Assembly: GCA_945859975.1 (NCBI GenBank)
Contig: CAMAPH010000007.1
Location: forward strand, 1-64,000
Direction: 5' to 3'
From: Chthonomonas calidirosea
GTDB taxonomy: Bacteria > Armatimonadota > Fimbriimonadia > Fimbriimonadales > Fimbriimonadaceae
DNA length: 64,000 bases
A program made the translations under genes and the position numbers. The stretch's first letter is position 1. The number at the start of each line of letters is the position of its first letter. The notes beneath the pieces are model-generated. The model was given only the letters and a program-made list of their open reading frames with translations. It did no database searches and was not told the origin of the DNA. Of the stretch, positions 9,362 to 20,685 are shown piece by piece.

Positions 9362-10176
9362 CAGTCGTTCCGGAGGAGTTCGTTAAGCGCGGTCTTGGCC
9401 CGGGTTTGGGCGTCGACTCGCTTCACGATGACCGCGCATGCCAGCGAGTGCGTTCCATCTTTGCTGGGCAACGAACCTGGCACAACGACCGATCCCGAGG
9501 GGACGCGGCCGTAGGTGATTTCGCCAGTAGCTCGATCATAAATCTTCGTGCTTTGCCCGATGAAAACGCCCATCGAGATGACGGAGTTTTCTTCAACAAT
9601 CACGCCTTCCACGATCTCGCTTCGGGCACCGATGAAGCAGTTATCCTCGATGATCGTCGGGTTGGCTTGGATGGGTTCCAGCACTCCGCCAAGGCCGACG
9701 CCACCGCTAAGGTGGACGTTCTTTCCGACCTGCGCGCAAGAGCCCACCGTCGCCCAGGTGTCGACCATCGTGCCCTCGTCCACGTAGGCACCTACGTTCA
9801 CGTAGCTCGGCATAAGGACCACGTTCTTGGCGAGATACGATCCTTTTCGGGCAAAGGCGGGCGGGACGATTCGGTATCCGGCGGCACGGAAATCGGCATC
9901 TTCCAGGCCCTCAAACTTCGAGGCGACCTTGTCGAAATACGGGAATCCGGCGGACATGATTTGGTTGTCCTTCAGCCGGAACGAGAGCAGGACGGCTTTC
10001 TTGATCCATTGATGGGTCACCCAATCGCCGTCAATCTTTTCGGCAACGCGGATGGTGCCGCTGTCTAGTTGCGCCAAGGTGGTTTCGACCGCTTCTCGGA
10101 CGTCGGTCGGATGGTTGCTCGGCGAGAATTCGGTTCGACGCTCCCAGGCGTCGTTGATGAGGGTTTCCAGATTCAC
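9361..10176 (-). CDS. dapD: Tetrahydrodipicolinate N-succinyltransferase
   Basis: [41 protein letters not shown]. Confidence 0.97.
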   Translation of the reverse strand: MNLETLINDAWERRTEFSPSNHPTDVREAVETTLAQLDSGTIRVAEKIDGDWVTHQWIKKAVLLSFRLKDNQIMSAGFPYFDKVASKFEGLEDADFRAAGYRIVPPAFARKGSYLAKNVVLMPSYVNVGAYVDEGTMVDTWATVGSCAQVGKNVHLSGGVGLGGVLEPIQANPTIIEDNCFIGARSEIVEGVIVEENSVISMGVFIGQSTKIYDRATGEITYGRVPSGSVVVPGSLPSKDGTHSLACAVIVKRVDAQTRAKTALNELLRND

Positions 10177-10787
10177 TTAGCCGGGTGTACCCCAGCGGAT
10201 GCGTGGATACGCGGCACGTAGCCCGCTTGCAGAACGCGGACCAGTCTAGGCGCGGTGAGCTGATACCCCCGGTGCGGCAAATGAACCTCCGGTCCGTAGC
10301 CCGAATGCGACCACTTTCTCGCGTGACGACCGAGTTTTACGAACGCATCGCCATCTGCTTCAAACATCGCGAAGTCGGGAAGTTCCAGCGGCACGATCTT
10401 CGGTCGTTCGCCGTGGATCATGGGCACCCGCTCGGCGTGGAGCTGCCGATCGATATCAAACGCGGGCGGCTTTTCGCCAAATGCCTCCTGCCAAGCGTCG
10501 CGGAACCGGTTGTAGTCCTCTCGCCGACACAGCGCACACGGTCGGTGCCCGGCGGAAAGGGCGGTGACTTCGTCGAGGAAGAAGAGCTCGGTGTAGGTGC
10601 CGGGCGACATGAGGGGCCGCCGGACGCCCTTGTATTCCAGTTCGCAGCTAATCCAAAGCCGCGCCTTCCAGCGTTCGGAGACGAGCTTCCCGTCGCGATG
10701 CAAAATGCCCCGGTTCCCCATGAGGTCTCCGCGTGCGGAACTAGCTTCGATGCGACTGAACGGGGTGACGCGGTTTTGTCTTGACAT
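10173..10787 (-). CDS. Conserved hypothetical protein with AGHRPCxxC motif
   Basis: [39 protein letters not shown]; overlaps both neighbouring genes. Confidence 0.75.
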   Translation of the reverse strand: MSRQNRVTPFSRIEASSARGDLMGNRGILHRDGKLVSERWKARLWISCELEYKGVRRPLMSPGTYTELFFLDEVTALSAGHRPCALCRREDYNRFRDAWQEAFGEKPPAFDIDRQLHAERVPMIHGERPKIVPLELPDFAMFEADGDAFVKLGRHARKWSHSGYGPEVHLPHRGYQLTAPRLVRVLQAGYVPRIHASAGVHPAK

Positions 10788-11962
10788 TACTTTTTCTCCA
10801 ACGCGGTCATCGCCTCGGCGGCGCGGACACACGTCGCCAAGTCAGCAACTAACGCAATCCGGACGTATCCAGCGCCGGGATTTTGACCGTTCGCTTCTCG
10901 GGCAAGATAGGTGCCCGGGAGGACGGTCACGTTTGCGGTGGCATAAAGCTCGCGGGCGAACGCCTCGTCCGATCCCGCCCAGCGGGACGACTCCGGAACT
11001 TTCGCCCAAAGGAAAAAGCCCCCAGCCGGGATTTCGCATGGCAACACTTGATTGACCATCGGCTGACAAACATCAAACTTCTCCCGGTAGAGTCGCCGGT
11101 TCTCTTCGACGTGGGCTTCGTCTGACCAGGCTACGGCGCTAGCTTGTTGCACCACAGAGCTAGGTGCGGCGCCGTGATAGGTGCGGTGGAGGCGAATCTT
11201 ATCCATCACATCTGGCGCACCAAAAATGAATCCGGAGCGCAACCCTGGCGCGCTGGATCGCTTGCTGAGCGAGTTCAAAACGATGACGCGCGGGTGCTGT
11301 GTTTGGATGCCCCCATAGGGCGGCTCGGATTGGTACAGCTCGGAATACGGCTCGTCAGAGACGATGAGGAAGTCGAACTCGTCGGCGAGCTGAGTCAGCG
11401 CCTGGTAGTGGTCGGCCGACATGACCGCGCCGGTCGGGTTACCGGGAGAGCACAGATACACCAGTTGCACCCGTGGCCACACTTCGGCCGGAACAACGGA
11501 AAAATCGGGCAGGAACTGAGTCCCGGCGACCGTCGGGACATAGAACGGTTCTGCCCCCGCCATGATTGCCGCGCCTTCATAAATTTGGTAGAAGGGGTTC
11601 GGAAGCAGCACGACGGGCCGGGTTGATGGATCGATGATCGCCTGGGCGACGGCAAACAGCCCTTCACGCGACCCGCTCACCGGCAAGATTTGCCGCGAAG
11701 AATCGACCTCGACGCCGTAGCGTCGGTGAATCCAACCGGCCACAGAGGCCAGAAATTCTGGCGTTCCGCCCGTCGGCGGATACTTGGACAGCAGGCCGAG
11801 GTTGGCGTGAATGGCGTCGAGCAGAACCTTCGGCGTCGGGTGCTTTGGCTCGCCGATGCCCATGTTGATGTGCGGCAAATCGGCAGGTGGAACCACGCCG
11901 GCAAAGAGGGACCGCAGACGTTCAAATGGGTACGGATGCAGCAGGTCCAGCGCGGGGTTCAT
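10787..11962 (-). CDS. dapC: Succinyldiaminopimelate aminotransferase
   Basis: LHPYPFERL, IGEPKH, PNPFYQIYEGAA, SLSKRSSAPGLRSG, RTYHG. Confidence 0.92.
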   Translation of the reverse strand: MNPALDLLHPYPFERLRSLFAGVVPPADLPHINMGIGEPKHPTPKVLLDAIHANLGLLSKYPPTGGTPEFLASVAGWIHRRYGVEVDSSRQILPVSGSREGLFAVAQAIIDPSTRPVVLLPNPFYQIYEGAAIMAGAEPFYVPTVAGTQFLPDFSVVPAEVWPRVQLVYLCSPGNPTGAVMSADHYQALTQLADEFDFLIVSDEPYSELYQSEPPYGGIQTQHPRVIVLNSLSKRSSAPGLRSGFIFGAPDVMDKIRLHRTYHGAAPSSVVQQASAVAWSDEAHVEENRRLYREKFDVCQPMVNQVLPCEIPAGGFFLWAKVPESSRWAGSDEAFARELYATANVTVLPGTYLAREANGQNPGAGYVRIALVADLATCVRAAEAMTALEKK

Positions 11963-12005
11963 GCGTGGGGTTTACCCAGATTTTTGGTCCCAGATATTGC
12001 AGTCG

Positions 12006-12058
12006 TTAGCACTCAAAACGGTATAGTGCTAATAGCAGGCAACGCCGGAGAGTGCTAA
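12006..12058 (+). promoter_or_regulatory. Two tandem CIRCE elements (HrcA operators)
   Basis: TTAGCACTC-N9-TAGTGCTAA (12006-12032) and ATAGCAGGC-N9-GAGTGCTAA (12032-12058) upstream of groES. Confidence 0.9.
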
Positions 12059-12090
12059 TTCTCGGCTTGCCTTCCAACTCAGGAGAACCT

Positions 12091-12402
12091 ATGGCGATCA
12101 AACCGTTACACGATCGAATCATCATCAAGGCGGCCGCGAAGGAAGAAAAAACCGCTAGCGGCATCATCTTGCCAGACACCGCACAAGAGAAGCCACAGCG
12201 CGGCGAAGTGCTCGCGGTTGGCCCAGGCAAGCGACTTGACAGCGGCCAGCTTGCCGCCGTCGACGTAGTTGTCGGAGACATCGTTCTCTACGGCAAGTAC
12301 AGCGGAACCGAAGTTAAGGTTGACGGCGAGGACCTCATCATCCTTCGCGCCGAAGACGTTTTGGCCGTTCTCTCGAACGTCGCCGTGCCTGCAAACGCAT
12401 AA
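12091..12402 (+). CDS. groES: Co-chaperonin GroES
   Basis: [37 protein letters not shown]. Confidence 0.98.
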   Translation: MAIKPLHDRIIIKAAAKEEKTASGIILPDTAQEKPQRGEVLAVGPGKRLDSGQLAAVDVVVGDIVLYGKYSGTEVKVDGEDLIILRAEDVLAVLSNVAVPANA

Positions 12403-14016
<1,614 letters not shown>

Positions 14017-14033
14017 GATTTCTTAGTGAGCTT

Positions 14034-14070
14034 CGGCCCCCTTGCCTTTTTGGCGAGGGGGCCGTTTTTG
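14034..14070 (+). terminator. Rho-independent terminator of groESL
   Basis: CGGCCCCCTTGCC...GGCGAGGGGGCCG stem then T-run. Confidence 0.8.
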
Positions 14071-14096
14071 TTATTGCTTTTTTTCGGGGAGAACGG

Positions 14097-14534
14097 TTAC
14101 CGATAGGCTGTCTCGTCGCGGTTCCCGCGCCAAGAGCGGACCTCGATACGGTCCCAGTCCGCGAGCGAGAATGGAATCCCGTCTTCTTCCACGGGGCCGC
14201 CTGCGATGACCTTGCCATCGCGAAAGCACACGCCGCAGCGGACCTCTTCCTCGAAGAACCTTCCGAGGAACTTGAATGCCTCGGTTGCTATGTCTTCCCA
14301 GATGAAGTCGAAAAAGTATCCGCCGTGCCAGAAAAGTTGAAGAGTTCCGCCTAGCTCGACAGTAAGGGGCGTGTGAATCGTGGGATGCTCGGACGGGATG
14401 TGCAGTCTTGGGTGGACGGTCTCGAAAGGAATTTCGGAGGCGCGGCCTGCCTCCAGACCCTCCTCCCACTCGGGATGCTCCGCAAGCAATCGAAGCAGAA
14501 GGGTCCTACCTGCATCGTCGTAGACCTCAATCAT
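14097..14534 (-). CDS. Hypothetical protein
   Basis: 145-aa ORF filling the gap, co-oriented with the upstream serine hydrolase. Confidence 0.55.
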   Translation of the reverse strand: MIEVYDDAGRTLLLRLLAEHPEWEEGLEAGRASEIPFETVHPRLHIPSEHPTIHTPLTVELGGTLQLFWHGGYFFDFIWEDIATEAFKFLGRFFEEEVRCGVCFRDGKVIAGGPVEEDGIPFSLADWDRIEVRSWRGNRDETAYR

Positions 14535-14600
14535 CGTTCCGCTCAGGCGATGGACCGAAGGCAGAATCAGTTTCGAGCGAAGCGTTTAACTCCATTTTTG

Positions 14601-15716
14601 TTATTGCTTCGCGTACTTTTTCTCGGCCCGGGCGAAGAGTTCGAGGGTGAACTCGGTGACCGGGAAGCCGCGGTCGTTGCCGAACGGCTTCGGGTTACCG
14701 ATTCCGAGGTTTGAGAGCATGATCACGGAAAGGCCGGTGTCGAAGTTCCTTGCGATCGCGGTGCCGGTGTGTCCGGTGTGGAACCCGGTTCGTCCACCAC
14801 CGCTTTTCACGACGGTCCAGCCCGCCGCGTACGGGACGGCTGAATTCGGGAGCTTGCCACTGTTTGTGAGGAAAGGCGTCATCGCTCGCTCCCAGGTGGC
14901 GGGGACAAGAAGTTTGCGCTGGGCGATTCCGGTTTCCCACTTGGCAAGATCGTCGACGGTCGAATACAAGCCACCAAAAGCGTTGAAATCGAACGAGCCC
15001 ATTGCTTCGGCAATGCTCCAACGAGCGAACTTGTTATCGCGGATGGTGTATTGATCGGCGAGCATCGGAACGACGACAGAGCGATTGATAAACCCGGATG
15101 AGGTCATGCCGAGCGGGGTGAGGATGCGGCGCTCGACCTGCTCGGGGAACGGCGCTCCACCCGCGGCTTCGATGACGTGGCCGAGGAGTTGGTAGCCGAC
15201 GTTGCTGTACTGAAACTTGGTCCCCGCTGGGAAGGCAGGAGTCATTTTGAAGGTGTCTTCAAGCTGTTGTGCCCGCGTGTACGGGAAAAAGGAGAGCGAG
15301 CTGTAGCGCGGCGGAACAACGGCGAATTCGGGCAGTCCGGCCGAGTGATTCATCAGGTGCTGAACCTGGACATTCGCCCAAGCGGCGGGTGCCGATGGGA
15401 AGAATTTTGACAGCGGATCTTCGAGGGCGAGCTTCTTATCGTCCACGAGCATGAGGGCGAGGACGGCGGCGAACTGCTTGCTGACGCTTGCGAGTTCGAA
15501 CTTGGTTTCACGGCGAACCGGGACCTGCCATTGGATGTTGGCGACGCCAGCGTTCACCTGCTTTACGACCTTTCCGTTTTGCACGACGGCAATCGCCACA
15601 CCGGGAATTTGGTACTTCTTGACCGCGTTCTTCACCGCATCGTCGATGGCGTCCGCCGCGCCGATGCTGGTTAGGGCGAGGGTGAGGCAGAGCGCGGGAA
15701 TTCGGTGTCGCTTCAT
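14601..15716 (-). CDS. Serine hydrolase, beta-lactamase/AmpC-like family
   Basis: ASVSK (SxxK), YSN, HTG motifs; signal peptide from ATG 15716. Confidence 0.88.
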   Translation of the reverse strand: MKRHRIPALCLTLALTSIGAADAIDDAVKNAVKKYQIPGVAIAVVQNGKVVKQVNAGVANIQWQVPVRRETKFELASVSKQFAAVLALMLVDDKKLALEDPLSKFFPSAPAAWANVQVQHLMNHSAGLPEFAVVPPRYSSLSFFPYTRAQQLEDTFKMTPAFPAGTKFQYSNVGYQLLGHVIEAAGGAPFPEQVERRILTPLGMTSSGFINRSVVVPMLADQYTIRDNKFARWSIAEAMGSFDFNAFGGLYSTVDDLAKWETGIAQRKLLVPATWERAMTPFLTNSGKLPNSAVPYAAGWTVVKSGGGRTGFHTGHTGTAIARNFDTGLSVIMLSNLGIGNPKPFGNDRGFPVTEFTLELFARAEKKYAKQ

Positions 15717-15868
15717 GACCGTATCGTATCCGCAAAGGCACAGCGGCGTAAAGAAGAGCGTGAACCTTTGGGTGTCGGTTGTTCGACAAATCTGAGGAAA
15801 GCCAAAAGTTCCGACGCGTCTAATGCGAAAGGAACAACCCTTTCGGCTACCATGGAGATCGGAGGCAA

Positions 15869-16216
15869 ATGATGAGCAACGCAGAACTAGGAAAAGTAGC
15901 AAGCACCGGAAAGATCGTCGAATCGGAATTCATTCGGGTGGTGTATCAGCAAGGGCTTCCGCAAACCGTCGGCGTGAACGGTTGCCGCGTGGAGGACGTG
16001 ATTGCCGTGGCCATGGCCCGGTTGGACGACTATCAGAACGGACTTCTCGCCTGTGAGGAGAACGAAGAAGCAATCACCTTCCTACGAAAAGCGACTCGCT
16101 CGCTGGAAGATCGCCGACGACGCCGAATGGAACAGGGCGTGTTCAACACGATGTCTCGACACGTGATCGTGCGGACCGAAGATGAGCACGAAGACTTCTC
16201 CGCCACTGGCGCCTGA
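15869..16216 (+). CDS. Tad1-like (Thoeris anti-defence 1) nucleotide-sponge homolog
   Basis: YQQG...GVNG..VEDVI....ARLDDYQNG...CEENEEAITFL..A...LEDR...RMEQGVFNT follows the Tad1 pattern as I recall it; GGAGG RBS at 15861. Confidence 0.75.
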   Translation: MMSNAELGKVASTGKIVESEFIRVVYQQGLPQTVGVNGCRVEDVIAVAMARLDDYQNGLLACEENEEAITFLRKATRSLEDRRRRRMEQGVFNTMSRHVIVRTEDEHEDFSATGA

Positions 16217-16354
16217 GTTCATTTCGGGTGCCTAAAGGCCCAATCTAACGGGCCTAAGCCCCGTTTCCGAAAAATTTCGCATAAAACATTACACGCCCGG
16301 CACAAAGCCGACTTTGAGATGCGTATAGTGCGCATCTTTGGTTCAAGGGAACAA

Positions 16355-17359
16355 ATGATGTTGAAGCGAACACTGTATGCGCGATTCCTCTCGGCAAGTC
16401 TCGGACTGTCCGTTCTGCCCGCCTTTGCTGGGCAAGACCCCAGCCTCAACCTCCAGTACGCCATTCCGGCGGCAGAAGAAGTTTCGATCCTAGAATCTCT
16501 TCCGAGTTCCGACTCAGAAGATCAGGTCAAGCAGTCGGTTAGCGTTCGGTTTACGAATGCGAAGGCGAAAGAAGTCTTCGGTTGGCTGCAAAAGAAGAAC
16601 GTCAACTTCGTGGTTGATGATTCGCAGCTGCCGGCCAACAAGACCATCACGTTGAACTTGCAGAACCAGGCGATGGAAGATGTTCTGGAAGCCATTGGAT
16701 CGGCGCTTGGCGGACGATTCGAAAAGCGGAAGGGCATTTACGTTTATCAGTCCGGAGACAGCCGAATGCTGCTGACGGAGATGAAGGCTCTTGACTCAAC
16801 CCGCATGGCTCTGCCTCGAATGCGAATCGAGACGCTTCCATCGCGACCAATGTCGCCGGAAGAAAAGAAGAAGTTCGACGCTTCGATGAAGAAATTCGAA
16901 GCGGAGATGAAGCAGTTCGGCGAAAAGATGGAGAAGAGCTTTGGGCCAGAGTTCGAGAAGCAGTTCAACTCGAAAGAAATGGAGCTAAAGCTGAACAAGG
17001 CGTTTGGTCCTGACTTTGAGAAGCGAATGGAAGAGTTCGGCAAGTCGTTCGAAGGGATGGGCAAGCAGTTTGAGTTGCACTTCAAGGACTTTGACAAGGA
17101 TTTCAAGGATCTAGACCTTGACCTAAAGGAGCTGTCGAAACTCGGTGAAACGATTGAAGTCACGGTCAAAGAAAAGGATGTCGATGGCCTGCTCAAATCG
17201 CTCACGCCAGAACAGAAGAAGCTCCAAGAAGATCGAGGCTATCTGTTGCTGAAGGACCTGACGGCCGCCCAGCGCAAGCACTTCCCTGGCGAAATGAAAG
17301 GCAAGTTCGAAATCAGCATCGTCAAAGACGGCCAAAAGCTCACGATCAAGGGCGAGTAA
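16355..17359 (+). CDS. Secreted protein with STN/secretin-N0-like domain and F/E/K/M-rich helical repeats
   Basis: Signal peptide; VSVRFTNAKAKEVFGWL...ITLNLQNQAMEDVLEAI; repeated FGPEFEK/FGPDFEK. Confidence 0.6.
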   Translation: MMLKRTLYARFLSASLGLSVLPAFAGQDPSLNLQYAIPAAEEVSILESLPSSDSEDQVKQSVSVRFTNAKAKEVFGWLQKKNVNFVVDDSQLPANKTITLNLQNQAMEDVLEAIGSALGGRFEKRKGIYVYQSGDSRMLLTEMKALDSTRMALPRMRIETLPSRPMSPEEKKKFDASMKKFEAEMKQFGEKMEKSFGPEFEKQFNSKEMELKLNKAFGPDFEKRMEEFGKSFEGMGKQFELHFKDFDKDFKDLDLDLKELSKLGETIEVTVKEKDVDGLLKSLTPEQKKLQEDRGYLLLKDLTAAQRKHFPGEMKGKFEISIVKDGQKLTIKGE

Positions 17360-17371
17360 GCCTCTTGGTTG

Positions 17372-17404
17372 AACGGGCGAGTGCGACTGCACTCGCCCGT
17401 TTTT
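17372..17404 (+). terminator. Rho-independent terminator
   Basis: AACGGGCGAGTGC-gact-GCACTCGCCCGTT plus T-run. Confidence 0.85.
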
Positions 17405-17422
17405 GTTTAGGTACCTTGGGCT

Positions 17423-17800
17423 GTGGGTATTCGCACTTTGCGCTTGTTCGCGGCCACCCTTGCCTTCTTTGGGGTTGCCCTTGGTGCCTTTGGTGCCCAT
17501 GCGCTGGCGGCTCGGCTTGCGGAGTACGGCAAAGACCAGTGGCAAACCGCAACTCAGTACTTGATGTTCCACGTCGTTGCGGTGTTCATCACAACCCTGT
17601 TCGAGTCTAAGTTCACCCGCCTTGCAGGGACTCTATTTGTCGCCGGGACACTCTTTTTTAGCGGCAGTCTTTACGTGCTTGCCTTTTCACGAATAAAGAT
17701 TCTTGGCGCGATCACGCCGATCGGGGGTGTGCTGTTCCTCTCCGGCTGGATTTGCATGATCTTGTTCGCGGCGAAATCGCCTCAAAACGAAGCAAACTAG
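17423..17800 (+). CDS. DUF423 membrane protein
   Basis: GVALGAFGAHAL, YLMFH, FSGSLY, LGAITPIGG. Confidence 0.9.
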   Translation: MGIRTLRLFAATLAFFGVALGAFGAHALAARLAEYGKDQWQTATQYLMFHVVAVFITTLFESKFTRLAGTLFVAGTLFFSGSLYVLAFSRIKILGAITPIGGVLFLSGWICMILFAAKSPQNEAN

Positions 17801-17804
17801 CTCC

Positions 17805-19532
17805 GTGCAAGCGACTGCCGACTGGACCCTTATTTTCGACCAAACCAACGGCCTGCGTACCGGGCGACTCAGCGAATCTTACGCTTACATTCGAAAGCTA
17901 GCCGCGTACTCGCCAAAGGCGAGAGTGATTCGCTACGGCACATCGCCGCAGGGACGCGAAATGCTTGCCTTGCTGATCTCGGACGAGAAGAACTTCTCGC
18001 CGGACGCGTGGGCGAAATCCTCGAAGCCGACCATCTTCATTCAGAACGGGATTCACAGCGGCGAGATCGAAGGCAAAGACGCGAGTTTGATCCTTGCCCG
18101 CGAAATCTTGGTTGAGAAGAAGCATGCGGCGTTCTTGAAGAACGTAAACATCGTGCTTGTGCCGGTGTTCTCACTCGATGCACACGAGCGATTCGGGCCG
18201 TATAACCGCGTGAATCAAAACGGACCGATCGAAATGGGCTGGCGCGCGACGGCGCAGAACTTGAACCTAAATCGGGACTGGATGAAGGCCGACGCGCCGG
18301 AGATGCGCGCGCAGATCGGGCTGGTTCAGCGGTACCGACCGGACTTCTTCTTCGACAATCACACCACCGACGGCTCCGATTACCAATACGTTCTAACCCT
18401 CGGGATTCCGTGGGCGCAGACGATTGGTCCAAAACCGGCCCAGTTTGGTCGCGACCTCTATGCCCAGCTCAAATCCAGCTGCGAGGAGGTCGGCTTCCCT
18501 ACCGCACCGTATTTTGGGATGGCGGACCGAACGGACCCAAGCAAAGGCATTTCGGTAACGGACTACTCCCCTCGTTTCTCGCACGGATACCTCGCGACGA
18601 TGGACCGCCCGGGGATGCTGGTGGAAACCCACGTTCTGAAACCTTACAAGCAGCGGGTCGAAGCGACCCATCGGGTGATGATCGAGGCTATTTCTTATTG
18701 CATCACCAACAAGCAAATGCTGAAGAAGATGAATCGGGATTCTGACGCTGCGGCGATGTCAGCGAAGGAAGGCTCGCGTTTCGTGCTTTCGAGCCGGCTG
18801 ACCTCCGAGCGAACGCCGTTCACCTTTGCGGGTTACGAGTACTCGCCGAACCCCAGCTCCATTACCGGTGACAAGATCGCAGCCTGGAGGCGGGATCGAC
18901 CGACGACGGTGAATACCTTTGTTCGCTGGAACTTCGAACCCGAGACCGTCGCGACGGCGCCCGCTGCGTACGCGGTCCCGCCAGAGTGGCAAGTGGTCAA
19001 TAACACGCTTGCGCTCCACGGTCTCACGAGCTACACGATCGGGCGAGAAGCGAAGACTTTCGGTCAGGTCACGCGACTGTCGCAAGTCAAGTTTCCGACC
19101 CAACCGTTCGAGAGTCGCTTCCAGCCAAACTTCCAGGCGGTCACTGACGTGGAACCGGTGACCCTGCCGGTCGGAACGCGGATCTATCCAATCAACCAAA
19201 TGAACGCGAAGCTCCTGGTTCATTTGCTCGCACCGAACGGACCAGACTCGCTGCTGAAGTGGGGTTCGTTTAACCCGATCTTTGAGCAGAAAGAGTACGC
19301 CGAGGACTACGCGATGGAGCCGTACGCGAAGAAAATGCTCGCCGCTGACCCTAACTTGCAAGAGGAATTTGAGAAGCGGTTGCAGGAACTGGCGTTCAAG
19401 AACTCTCCTTCGGCGAGGCTCAATTTCTTCTTCGAGCGGTCTCCGTTCTTTGACAAGGCGCTGAACCGCTACCCGGTAGTGATGTTTTCCGCCGCGCAAC
19501 TCGCGACGATTCAGAAGAACTCTAGGCAGTAA
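17805..19532 (+). CDS. M14-family zinc carboxypeptidase
   Basis: GIHSGEIEGK (HxxE), NLNRD, DNHTT. Confidence 0.88.
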   Translation: MQATADWTLIFDQTNGLRTGRLSESYAYIRKLAAYSPKARVIRYGTSPQGREMLALLISDEKNFSPDAWAKSSKPTIFIQNGIHSGEIEGKDASLILAREILVEKKHAAFLKNVNIVLVPVFSLDAHERFGPYNRVNQNGPIEMGWRATAQNLNLNRDWMKADAPEMRAQIGLVQRYRPDFFFDNHTTDGSDYQYVLTLGIPWAQTIGPKPAQFGRDLYAQLKSSCEEVGFPTAPYFGMADRTDPSKGISVTDYSPRFSHGYLATMDRPGMLVETHVLKPYKQRVEATHRVMIEAISYCITNKQMLKKMNRDSDAAAMSAKEGSRFVLSSRLTSERTPFTFAGYEYSPNPSSITGDKIAAWRRDRPTTVNTFVRWNFEPETVATAPAAYAVPPEWQVVNNTLALHGLTSYTIGREAKTFGQVTRLSQVKFPTQPFESRFQPNFQAVTDVEPVTLPVGTRIYPINQMNAKLLVHLLAPNGPDSLLKWGSFNPIFEQKEYAEDYAMEPYAKKMLAADPNLQEEFEKRLQELAFKNSPSARLNFFFERSPFFDKALNRYPVVMFSAAQLATIQKNSRQ

Positions 19533-20608
19533 GCAGGTACCGGCGGGAATGCGGCCAGCGCATTCTCGCTGACCATGGCAACCGGCCGGTTTCGAGCCAG
19601 GTCTTGAAGGCTTGGCTCACCCAGCACGATTTGCGCCAGCTGGCGATGGGTCACATCCAGATCAATTGCACCATCCGGGCCGAATACGCCGGCGTTGGAA
19701 GCAATGCTGTCATCCGACACTTGAACTCGCAGGCTCGGGGCGAGTTTGGAAAGGACTTCCGGGACGTTGAGAACTCGGTACATGATGCCGCGTTCGATCT
19801 TGGTCTCGACGCCCTGATCCAGGTACTGGGCCATGAACGGGCTATCGGAAGGCTCGTACCAGCTGAGTCCGTTCTTGTTCACCGCGAGGCCACGGAGGAA
19901 GCTTAGGATAGAGTCGTATCCGGCTGCGGTGGACCAAACGAGTTCTGACACATGGTCCACCGTCCAGAAAGATGTGCTGTGGCTAATCACGGCGTACGCC
20001 TCAACCGGGTCCCCAACGGCATAGATGCAGAGTTCGCGATTCTCGGCAAGTACTCTCATCCACTGGATCCCATTCCGGATGTTCAATCCCGATCGAGATT
20101 CGGCAAATGCGCGATGGCAGCCGAGGAGATGTTCGTAATCTGCTGGGCCCAGAAGGCGAATGGGAAGCGTTTGCGGCGTCTTCGGAAGGCGCTCACGAGG
20201 ACAAGTGATCTTGATTCGCTTTCCGCAGGACTCGTAGCCAGACTTTCGGTAGAACGTTTCGCTGAAGGGATACAGACTCGACATGAGGTAGCCCTCTTCC
20301 TTCAGGAGGTTCACCATTCCGTTGAGCATTTGGGTTCCTAGCCCGCCGCCCCGGCGGTGCGGAAGAATGGCGACGGCCGCGATGCCGGCAGTTCGCATCT
20401 CAACGCCCCGAAAAAGGCCGGTGAAATCCACAACCTTGAAGGCACCTTCGATTTCTCCATCGACCTCAGCGACGTAGCCCTTTGAAAATTCAAACGACCG
20501 GTTCGCTTCTGGAATCATGTCGCCGTTGTTGTAGGTTAGCGACAACACGCGCCAGAAACTCTCTTCATCGCGAGTTGGGTCGTAAGGGCGAACGGTGACC
20601 GAAGACAT
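19511..20608 (-). CDS. Eis-like GNAT acetyltransferase
   Basis: AVAILPHRRGGGLG, SSLYPFSETFYRKSGY; ends CLEFF. Confidence 0.85.
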   Translation of the reverse strand: MSSVTVRPYDPTRDEESFWRVLSLTYNNGDMIPEANRSFEFSKGYVAEVDGEIEGAFKVVDFTGLFRGVEMRTAGIAAVAILPHRRGGGLGTQMLNGMVNLLKEEGYLMSSLYPFSETFYRKSGYESCGKRIKITCPRERLPKTPQTLPIRLLGPADYEHLLGCHRAFAESRSGLNIRNGIQWMRVLAENRELCIYAVGDPVEAYAVISHSTSFWTVDHVSELVWSTAAGYDSILSFLRGLAVNKNGLSWYEPSDSPFMAQYLDQGVETKIERGIMYRVLNVPEVLSKLAPSLRVQVSDDSIASNAGVFGPDGAIDLDVTHRQLAQIVLGEPSLQDLARNRPVAMVSENALAAFPPVPAYCLEFF

Positions 20609-20685
20609 CACCTTTAGCTTACGCAGAACCGCGCCGTTGCCGCCTGAGTAAATTCCGTGCCGATTGCGTAAAGTAGACGGCAAAC

